A DNA stretch of 31,000 bases from a virus. Lineage: Duplodnaviria > Caudoviricetes. A program made the position numbers and the translations under genes. Location: IMG/VR virus record IMGVR_UViG_3300044477_000109, positions 1 through 31,000 of that record; one strand, given 5' to 3'. The notes below the pieces were generated by a model. That model was given only the letters and a program-made list of their open reading frames with translations, ran no database searches and was not told where the DNA came from. This document shows, piece by piece, positions 7,258 through 14,057 of the stretch (position 1 is its first letter; every line of letters begins with the position of its first letter).

Positions 7258-7451
7258 CCCCCTCCCGTTAGCCCATCGCGATAGGCAATCGGCTTGCCAG
7301 CGGCCAGGATTATGCGCGCCTGGCCCTCGTCGTCTTTCTCGGCAGGCATCGTCGCAAGCACGAACCGCTTCTCGCCCGTCGTGAAGACTATCTCCACGCC
7401 CGAGCCCTTTTCTGTAAACCGGACGCCCCGCTTGTTGATGTAGCTTTTCAT
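7248..7451 (-). CDS. Hypothetical protein (67 aa) downstream of the hammerhead
   Basis: GGGGAGG RBS then MKSYINKRG... Confidence 0.7.
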   Translation of the reverse strand: MKSYINKRGVRFTEKGSGVEIVFTTGEKRFVLATMPAEKDDEGQARIILAAGKPIAYRDGLTGGGCR

Positions 7452-7464
7452 AGCCTCCCCTTTA

Positions 7465-7516
7465 AGCCTCATCAGGCCGGGTATCTCCCGGCGACGGCCG
7501 AAAGGCCGTTTCGGCT
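7465..7516 (-). ncRNA. Type II hammerhead ribozyme
   Basis: AGCC-GAAAC-[GGCC TTTC GGCC]-GTC^-[GCCGGG AGATA CCCGGC]-CTGATGA-GGCT has the full catalytic core and three perfect stems. Confidence 0.93.
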
Positions 7517-7901
7517 AGCGTTTCTCGATTGTAGGCAATATCGCTGACGGCTTGAAGATGATCTTATAGCTTTTGTCCGATACGGCGTTCGGCGCGAGGG
7601 CCTCGGAAAAATACGTCACGTTGTCCGCATGGCCGAAATAGTGCTTAAGGTAGAGCCCGTCTTGCGTTTTCACTGTTACTACAAGATCGCCGTCGGAATC
7701 GACGATGATGGCGAGCATCCCCTCTATCTGCATAATGTAATTACCAGTGATCACGTTATAAAAAACGCATCGGCGATAGACTTGGAAGTTTTGCTCTGCT
7801 ACTTCGAGATTGTGCCGTGCCACGCTTGCATCGCTATCGCATCCCGTAAAAGAAACCGCGAGGCCAAGAACCACTAAAAACAAGAGAACAAACCTTTTCA
7901 T
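7515..7901 (-). CDS. Conserved phage lipoprotein (resembles the mycobacteriophage L5/D29 gp64-like family)
   Basis: Lipobox FTGC; NFQVYRRCVFYNVITG, KHYFGHADNVTYF and FKP motifs; family recalled from memory. Confidence 0.8.
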   Translation of the reverse strand: MKRFVLLFLVVLGLAVSFTGCDSDASVARHNLEVAEQNFQVYRRCVFYNVITGNYIMQIEGMLAIIVDSDGDLVVTVKTQDGLYLKHYFGHADNVTYFSEALAPNAVSDKSYKIIFKPSAILPTIEKR

Positions 7902-7950
7902 GGCATCCCCTTTGACCGGCGCTCTATCGTCGCCCGCATCATCTATAGAA

Positions 7951-8030
7951 AGACTATCGGATATTATAACGTTTGTCAAGCGAAACATTGTAATAATTTA
8001 CTTGACGCGGGTATTGTATTGCTATAGACT
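7951..8030. promoter_or_regulatory. Divergent promoter pair
   Basis: Minus strand TTGACA(7979-7974)-17-TAGTCT; plus strand TTGACG(8002-8007)-17-TAGACT. Confidence 0.75.
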
Positions 8031-8049
8031 ATGGGAAACGGAGGGAAGC

Positions 8050-8214
8050 ATGGTCAAGCAAGATTGGAGGATCAGGCCGCAGGAACAGAGCCTTGAGCCG
8101 CCAGACGATGAAGAACCGGACGCGGCGGACGTTGACGCGGAAGACCTTGCGATGTCGAGGCGTGAGGATGAGGAAGTCGAGAGCTTCATGGAGGGTAGAA
8201 ATGAAAAAGCATGA
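8050..8214 (+). CDS. Small acidic protein (54 aa)
   Basis: GGAGG RBS; MVKQDWRIRP...; about one third Asp/Glu. Confidence 0.7.
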   Translation: MVKQDWRIRPQEQSLEPPDDEEPDAADVDAEDLAMSRREDEEVESFMEGRNEKA

Positions 8215-8503
8215 CGAGATAGCGGAGCCCGCCCCAGCCGAACAGGAGAAGGGGCTAGAGCTTGCCCGTAAAATAGCGGGGGTAGTGGGTAATTTTATCC
8301 ACATTGTGAGGGCTGATAATGGGCAGCCTTGCGGGTACGACTACGAGGTAGAGAATGCCGCCCAAGCAATATCCGCCCTCCTCGCCGCCCGCCCCCGGCC
8401 GGAAGCGAAAGTAGTGCCGATGGCCGCATTCGCCGACATCCTCGCTGCGCCTGCGATCGTTCGCCAAGTGCTCGCGGTAGTTGGGTATCGGATAAAGGAG
8501 TAA
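8201..8503 (+). CDS. Mosaic accessory protein (100 aa)
   Basis: GGAGG RBS; contains the PAPAEQ and PRPEAK linkers shared with 754-1434. Confidence 0.75.
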   Translation: MKKHDEIAEPAPAEQEKGLELARKIAGVVGNFIHIVRADNGQPCGYDYEVENAAQAISALLAARPRPEAKVVPMAAFADILAAPAIVRQVLAVVGYRIKE

Positions 8504-8507
8504 AGCG

Positions 8508-9200
8508 ATGGACTACGATACGATAGCGAAAGAAATAATACAGATAGTGCGCGACCAGCAGGGTTATGAGTCGGCCGCATTTAATCCAATGGTCTCCTAC
8601 CTCAAAGCTCATTTTCCTGCCCAGCCCGAAGCGGCGGTAGACGATTTACTCTTGCAGGAGATTTATTCTCTTCGTGAAAAACTGAAAATAGCTATCGCGG
8701 CGATCAAGGCGGATAACCCCGGCTTTGACGATCAGGCATTTATTCATCAACTCAATTCGGTGGACTTCGATCAGCTCATGGAGGAATTATCCGACACCGA
8801 GCCCCAGCCCGAAGCGGCGAAGGACGCGCGGGAGCTGGCGGAGCAGCTTAACGCCGCTCGGAATCGGCGCATTGTCGAAGGTCGAAGAAGCGAAACGGGT
8901 GCCTATGAGTTCTTCGATGAGGACGCCGCGATGATCGAGGCCGGCTTTCAGACCCGTCTCGCCTCGGACCGCGAGCAGGTGGATACGTTGGCAGAATATC
9001 TGCGCGGCGCAAATAGATCGTTAGCCGCGAAGCTGATTGCGGCCGAGACCCGCGCCGAAGCGGCCGAGAGCGAGGCGAAGGCGCTGAGGGAATTTGTCGC
9101 CAAGATAGCAGAGCCGGGGCCGAGGACGGGCGAAGATGCCCGAGACTGGCAACGAGAAGCTGCCGCTCTCGCCCATGAAGCGACGGGAGGGAAGGCATGA
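8508..9200 (+). CDS. Mosaic accessory protein (230 aa)
   Basis: AAGGAG RBS; QPEAA twice, AKDAREL, RLAS and LAHEATGGKA modules. Confidence 0.8.
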   Translation: MDYDTIAKEIIQIVRDQQGYESAAFNPMVSYLKAHFPAQPEAAVDDLLLQEIYSLREKLKIAIAAIKADNPGFDDQAFIHQLNSVDFDQLMEELSDTEPQPEAAKDARELAEQLNAARNRRIVEGRRSETGAYEFFDEDAAMIEAGFQTRLASDREQVDTLAEYLRGANRSLAAKLIAAETRAEAAESEAKALREFVAKIAEPGPRTGEDARDWQREAAALAHEATGGKA

Positions 9201-9202
9201 GC
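9168..9202. repeat. 35-bp perfect repeat, inverted copy at 517-551
   Basis: Exact reverse complement of 517-551. Confidence 0.95.
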
Positions 9203-9367
9203 TGCGACCGGCGATGTTACAAACCGGAAAGCCCTTGGTATGACTTCGAGATATGCAACGAGTGCGAAGGTGCGGACGATGGGCATCGGCCAGGGAGTCG
9301 GCCATTACCAGGAGACTGGAAGCCAACCGCGCCGGAGGCCACGAGCGCCGAGGGGGAGAAAAGCTAA
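9197..9367 (+). CDS. Small Cys-rich protein (56 aa)
   Basis: ATGA-coupled; C...C and C..C; its stop overlaps the convergent gene's stop. Confidence 0.6.
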   Translation: MSCDRRCYKPESPWYDFEICNECEGADDGHRPGSRPLPGDWKPTAPEATSAEGEKS

Positions 9368-9708
9368 TTGCTCGGCTTGGCGGTGCTAGTCTGCATGGTT
9401 GCCATGTTGGCCTGCGCCGCCTTATTTGCATACTGAATGGCGGGCATGGTTATCAAGAGATTAAAAATCAAGAGCATTACGCCGCATGCCGCTATTATCG
9501 TATTCGCCCAGCCAAAGCGCCGGGTTGACATTTTCTCCAGTTTATCAATCAAGCCTGTTAGCCGTTCCGTAAGTTTGCCCATATCCACCGCCTGATTCTT
9601 TTCTCGCTCGCGAGCTGCCGATTGTTCAAGCTTGATTTCCGCAATATCATCGATTACCGTTTCAAGCCTTGCCTCAAGAGCCGCGATCCGCTCATTGTCT
9701 ACGCCCAT
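9364..9708 (-). CDS. Coiled-coil protein with C-terminal TM (holin-accessory/XhlA-like topology)
   Basis: ERIAALEARLE... coiled coil followed by one TM; last gene of the late strand. Confidence 0.7.
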   Translation of the reverse strand: MGVDNERIAALEARLETVIDDIAEIKLEQSAAREREKNQAVDMGKLTERLTGLIDKLEKMSTRRFGWANTIIAACGVMLLIFNLLITMPAIQYANKAAQANMATMQTSTAKPSN

Positions 9709-10249
9709 GGGAAGCGCCCCTTTTAGCAATATTTAAAGCGTCTTGCGCGATTGTAGCAGATTTTTCGAGAGTTTCAATACATTTGTCGGCAAGGGGCTTA
9801 TCCCCTTTCGTATCGAGCGCATAGTGCTGAATGGCTACATATATACAGAAAGCGCATACCGCATAAAGGAGAGCGTTCAATGCTGCGCTAAGGATGCTAT
9901 TTGATACAAAAGCAAGGTTTATATATGCCGAGACGAACACAATTAGGGTTGTGAAATACAGATAGATACGCCGGGCTCGCATCGTGGGCGCGAGCGTGAA
10001 AAACATTACCGCCGATATGATCATGCCTAAGATTCCGATAGCGAGGACTTGGCAGGCCATAATATAGGCCGCCGCCGCCGCTATCCCGAAAACTTCTATT
10101 TTGTATGCTAGCTTGCCCTTTAAGAAAAACGCGACCGCAAAGGGCGCAACGAAAGCTAAATATTGGAATTGGCCGATGAGACAATTATAAAAGGCAACGA
10201 TAATCGCGAATGATAGAAACAAGACTATCGTCGCCTTTCGGGGAATCAT
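9692..10249 (-). CDS. Multi-pass membrane protein
   Basis: About 5-6 hydrophobic segments; AT-rich; GGAG RBS before MIPRK. Confidence 0.75.
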   Translation of the reverse strand: MIPRKATIVLFLSFAIIVAFYNCLIGQFQYLAFVAPFAVAFFLKGKLAYKIEVFGIAAAAAYIMACQVLAIGILGMIISAVMFFTLAPTMRARRIYLYFTTLIVFVSAYINLAFVSNSILSAALNALLYAVCAFCIYVAIQHYALDTKGDKPLADKCIETLEKSATIAQDALNIAKRGASHGRRQ

Positions 10250-10250
10250 T

Positions 10251-10649
10251 TTAGCTCCAACCAGCATCCGCCGCCGCTTGCTGTACGGTCATAACCTCGT
10301 CAATATCGGGATAGTCGCCCTCGATGGTTGAGCCCTCTTCGACAAGAAACTTCATGCGATCTTCGTTGCCCGTTTCGCCATGCTCTTTGGCATAGTGGGC
10401 TAGCACGAATAGCTCGGCCAGAATCTTGCAGTAGTATGCCCGCGCCTCGTCGTGATCGAAGGCGGTGAACCCGAAGGCCGTCTCTAGGCGGTTGAAAGCA
10501 TCCGCCTTGTCGGCCTCGTTGCGGTCGAAGATCGTGCCGCCTGGAAGCTCTGCCTTGAACTGGATGGCGTTAAGCCACGCCCAACGCTCCGCATTCTTGG
10601 CCTTGCAGAGAATCGGAAGCTGGATAAAAAAGTCTTTCGCGGTGCCCAT
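10251..10649 (-). CDS. Hypothetical protein
   Basis: 132 aa; AAGGAG RBS. Confidence 0.8.
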   Translation of the reverse strand: MGTAKDFFIQLPILCKAKNAERWAWLNAIQFKAELPGGTIFDRNEADKADAFNRLETAFGFTAFDHDEARAYYCKILAELFVLAHYAKEHGETGNEDRMKFLVEEGSTIEGDYPDIDEVMTVQQAAADAGWS

Positions 10650-10660
10650 GCTTATGCTCC

Positions 10661-11431
10661 TTAATAGGTCGCTTCTACGTCGCCTAGATATGATGCCCAG
10701 ATATGACCAGGCGCATCTAGTCCATCGTCTATGTCCTGCGTGTTGTATTGCTCAACGGCGGGGTTTATGCCGAACTGTATACGATGCACCGCCTCGGCTT
10801 CCGTCTCAAATCGCTCGGAGTAGTAAACGATTCGGGCCGTCGTATCGAGAAGCGCTACCCATAGCTTGGGAGCCGGGGGGATATACTCGATAACAGGCGG
10901 CGCGTGGTCAACGTAGATAAGGCAAGGTATAAGATTCCCCGCATTGTCTCGAATATCATTCAGCATCGAAGCCTGTTCGGCCTGGGCATACCAGCCCGCC
11001 CGATTTGTCACAAGCTCGCCACGCGGAACATCCATATACGATTCGAGTGTTTCATGCGTGAAGGGATTAACGATATAGCCATCCACCGTTGGCGCTTCGG
11101 ATACAGGGACCTCTGCGCCAAGGTAGGGGCCAAGTATTGCGTCATCGGTATGCGCCGCATTGTAGGCCGCTTGCTCGCCTAAGGCCGCTTCGAGGTCAAC
11201 CGTAGTGCCATCCGTAAGGCTTCGCGCGGAACTTGAGGCGGAGACGCCGAGCCTGGCCTCTGTCCAGTCCGAGTAGTAGAAATGCACCGCGATAGACGGC
11301 GCGGCAGGCGTAGTCGTTGTGGGAGTCGTTGCCACCGTGGGCGTAGCTACCGGCACTTCGGGAGCCGGAGCCTGGGGTTGCGAGCATCCGAAAATCAGGG
11401 CAGTAAGCAGAATAACGACAATCTTTTTCAT
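10661..11431 (-). CDS. Lipoprotein with Pro/Thr linker (moron-like; candidate superinfection exclusion)
   Basis: GGAGG RBS; MKKIVVILLTALIFGC lipobox; own promoter; start is 11431 rather than 11647. Confidence 0.8.
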   Translation of the reverse strand: MKKIVVILLTALIFGCSQPQAPAPEVPVATPTVATTPTTTTPAAPSIAVHFYYSDWTEARLGVSASSSARSLTDGTTVDLEAALGEQAAYNAAHTDDAILGPYLGAEVPVSEAPTVDGYIVNPFTHETLESYMDVPRGELVTNRAGWYAQAEQASMLNDIRDNAGNLIPCLIYVDHAPPVIEYIPPAPKLWVALLDTTARIVYYSERFETEAEAVHRIQFGINPAVEQYNTQDIDDGLDAPGHIWASYLGDVEATY

Positions 11432-11449
11432 TCTGTAGCCTCCGCTTAC

Positions 11450-11482
11450 AATATATCGCGAGTCGGGCAGTATTGCAATACT
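11450..11482 (-). promoter_or_regulatory. Promoter with a 14-bp palindrome over the -35 box
   Basis: TTGCAA-17-TATATT; AGTATTGCAATACT at 11469-11482. Confidence 0.7.
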
Positions 11483-11702
11483 ATTCGACAGGGAAGGCGA
11501 AGGGCTCCTCGGCTGGCCCATAGGCTTGCACGTCGAGCTTTTCGCGCCCGCCCATGCCGAGCTGATACTGCGCCGCCTCGGGCTCCATGCCGAAGTTGAC
11601 GCGGAATATAGCCTCTTCCTTCGTCTTAAAATCAGACTCTTGCGCAATGATCTTCTTATTCGTCCAATCGATCAGCGCAACGTACCATTTCTGCTTAGCC
11701 AT
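11481..11702 (-). CDS. Small tail-fibre-associated protein (chaperone or tip candidate)
   Basis: 73 aa directly after the fibre gene; AGGGGG RBS; paralogous to the C-terminal domain of 10661-11431. Confidence 0.75.
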   Translation of the reverse strand: MAKQKWYVALIDWTNKKIIAQESDFKTKEEAIFRVNFGMEPEAAQYQLGMGGREKLDVQAYGPAEEPFAFPVE

Positions 11703-11711
11703 GCTTCCCCC

Positions 11712-12899
11712 TTAGAGTAATACGCCCGCCCACATGGCGCGGAAGACTGTAGTGCTGTTCGATTCGGTCTCGGGGCCGATTATTGGCGTTCCATTATTGC
11801 CGTCTGTTTTTATCGTAGTTGCATTCGACCCGACCGATGTGTAAGGCGTAGTATCGTAAGGACTAAATGCAGGGTTGGCTTGTGCCCCGCCGCCTGATCC
11901 CGCTCCTGGCCACGTTAGCGCATGCCAATGCCCCTGCATATGGAACCGTCTACGCATGCCATTAATGCGGAGCGTCCCGTCAGGCGACATAGTAGCGCGG
12001 CCCGAGTCCTTGTAGATGCGTACCGTCGTCGTGCTGCCTGCAATGCGATTAGCGTAGAAAATGCACGTCTGCGCGCCGGCGGGGGGCAAATTGACGACGG
12101 TTAATCGATGGTTGAGGGTGTCCACGCTTGCTATGGCGTAGGTAGTTCCCGCGATATCAACGCCACGATAAGCGGAATACCCGCCTTGGACAATTGCGTC
12201 CTCAACAATGGCCGCTAGCTGTGCGTCCCATGCTGTGCCCGAACCAGTAACAAGAGTACCGGCAACTGTTACCGCATGGTCGGTAACGTATACAGACCCG
12301 CTCCATGATTGGCTCTTGACCGCATAGAGCTTAGCAAAAAGTAGCGGGTAATTCGCCTGGGCCAGCACATGGTCGGCGTCCCAAAGTTTGACTATGGGGT
12401 TTTTGGCGGTTGCAGTATCGTCGATAGCGCTTTCGATGAGCGAGCCGACGTTATATCGATCCGCCCACGACATAAGCGTTTTGTTCCACGCCGTGCCATC
12501 CCAGACGAACTCCTGCGACATGCCGGCAGGGATATATTCGATCAATCCTATGCCATAGGTGACGATTGTCTGCCGCGTATCGGGGCCGGATGCGAAAACC
12601 TTAAGGCTATACCCGGCTGATTGTGCGCCCGCCTGGATATCGAGGGCTACGCTCGCGCCCGCTGTATTCATGTTTACGAACACTAGCGAACGCGACCGCT
12701 TGATAATCGGGAGCGGGGCGGGGGCCGCTGTAGTTATGACATTGATTTCTTCCGTCGCGATGAACTTGGCCCCGCCGCCGGTTGTACCCATAACCGGACG
12801 TTCGGTGTCAAGCGTCGAGCCGTATTCGCGGGCCGCTATTTGGGCAACATTCGCCTCAAGGCCCGAGCTATTTAAGATGCGCTCGGTTATCGTCGCCAT
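11712..12899 (-). CDS. Tail fibre / receptor-binding protein
   Basis: N-terminal REYGSTLDTERPVMG resembles Mtd_N; collar-like LAQANYPLLF; C-terminal MQGHWH...GPETE tip motif. Confidence 0.75.
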   Translation of the reverse strand: MATITERILNSSGLEANVAQIAAREYGSTLDTERPVMGTTGGGAKFIATEEINVITTAAPAPLPIIKRSRSLVFVNMNTAGASVALDIQAGAQSAGYSLKVFASGPDTRQTIVTYGIGLIEYIPAGMSQEFVWDGTAWNKTLMSWADRYNVGSLIESAIDDTATAKNPIVKLWDADHVLAQANYPLLFAKLYAVKSQSWSGSVYVTDHAVTVAGTLVTGSGTAWDAQLAAIVEDAIVQGGYSAYRGVDIAGTTYAIASVDTLNHRLTVVNLPPAGAQTCIFYANRIAGSTTTVRIYKDSGRATMSPDGTLRINGMRRRFHMQGHWHALTWPGAGSGGGAQANPAFSPYDTTPYTSVGSNATTIKTDGNNGTPIIGPETESNSTTVFRAMWAGVLL

Positions 12900-12900
12900 C

Positions 12901-13665
12901 TTAGTACCCGCTAGCGCCCTGCCGCTGGAATTGCACGATGATGGAAAGGAAGGCTCCCGCCGTTGCACTTGTTCCGGTTAGGAATACATCCTCCATTGGG
13001 TTCAAGATCATAAGCGGAGCCGGAGGCGCGAGTATCACCGGATTAGCTGGCGTAAAGTCTAGCTTAAGCGAGGGGTAGGCCATGTTTGACACATCGGCTG
13101 GGAACCCATGCCATATTCGCAGCGTTCCCGATTGACCGCGAGCCGAACAAAATATCGAACTGAGGTTGTACGGCTTTTCGTTTCTCGGCACAGTCCAGAG
13201 CCCCGAAAGCCCGTAATTGTCACCAGCAAGGGCCTTTATGGCCGCGCCGGTTAAAGTACCAGGGACACCAGCCGTATACGTTCCGCCTGTCCCGGCCTTT
13301 ACTACATAAATATCGCCAGCGTTCAATAACCCCGTGCCAGCGGTCGCGACGACAATTTCAAATACGCGACGGAAACTTGCTACCGTCGTGACCTTCGTCT
13401 GGCCATTTAGCGCGATGGTTTCTTTAAGCGGCATAAATTGATAATCAAGGCCGTAGACATCTAGCGTCCTCGCGCCCGTTCCTGCCGCCGCATCCGCCGC
13501 ATTCGATGAGGATATATCAAGCTGATATGCCGCATCAAAAACAGAGGCCCATCGAACAAGGAGTGTATTGAACTCCCATATATTAGCCTCAGTTGTCGAA
13601 AGGGCTATATTGCGTCCCCTAAGTCTAGGGTTTGGCCCTCCAAAATTACTGCTAAAATCGGGCAT
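12901..13665 (-). CDS. Virion structural protein
   Basis: ISSSNAADAAAGTGARTLDVYGLD...ETIALNG motif common in phage structural modules; AAGGAGG RBS. Confidence 0.7.
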   Translation of the reverse strand: MPDFSSNFGGPNPRLRGRNIALSTTEANIWEFNTLLVRWASVFDAAYQLDISSSNAADAAAGTGARTLDVYGLDYQFMPLKETIALNGQTKVTTVASFRRVFEIVVATAGTGLLNAGDIYVVKAGTGGTYTAGVPGTLTGAAIKALAGDNYGLSGLWTVPRNEKPYNLSSIFCSARGQSGTLRIWHGFPADVSNMAYPSLKLDFTPANPVILAPPAPLMILNPMEDVFLTGTSATAGAFLSIIVQFQRQGASGY

Positions 13666-13677
13666 GTTCGCGCCTCC

Positions 13678-13815
13678 TTATGGCGTGAGGGCGTTAATCT
13701 GCGCCCTGAGTGCGTCTAATTCTGCGTTGACATCGGCAGTCAACTTTATAAAAGCCTTCCTAACTTCCTCTTGTATGCTTTTGTCTACTAAATCAGGCAT
13801 CGGAGGATTGATCAT
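13678..13815 (-). CDS. Small coiled-coil virion protein (45 aa)
   Basis: ATGA-coupled start MINPPMPD... Confidence 0.6.
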   Translation of the reverse strand: MINPPMPDLVDKSIQEEVRKAFIKLTADVNAELDALRAQINALTP

Positions 13816-14057
13816 TTCGGTTTTCCCCATGCGCCAGTAGGCGTCGGCTGTTTCGCTTGCTGTATCTGCGCTTCTTTTGCTTTCGCCTCGGACGGGTAGA
13901 TACCTTGCGCCCTCTGGACTATGCCGACATCCCATTTTGTCTTACCAACCTTGGGCGGCTGTATAATCATCATGGGCGGGGCGGGAGGAAGCTCATCCTG
14001 AACCGGGGCCTGCGCGGGGCTCGGCGCCGGGGTCGGTATGGTTAATCGATCAAACAC
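13812..14057 (-). CDS. Pro-rich hypothetical protein
   Basis: GGAGG RBS before the GTG at 14057; fills the operon. Confidence 0.6.
   Translation of the reverse strand: MFDRLTIPTPAPSPAQAPVQDELPPAPPMMIIQPPKVGKTKWDVGIVQRAQGIYPSEAKAKEAQIQQAKQPTPTGAWGKPK

Noticed and set aside
517-9202. Invertase-driven shufflon or diversity-generating retroelement
   Set aside because: No site-specific recombinase or reverse transcriptase is seen, and no adenine-specific TR/VR pair was noticed near the fibre gene
11432-11647. N-terminal extension of the 328-aa ORF in the track
   Set aside because: It overlaps the 73-aa gene; the promoter, RBS and lipoprotein signal all point to a start at 11431
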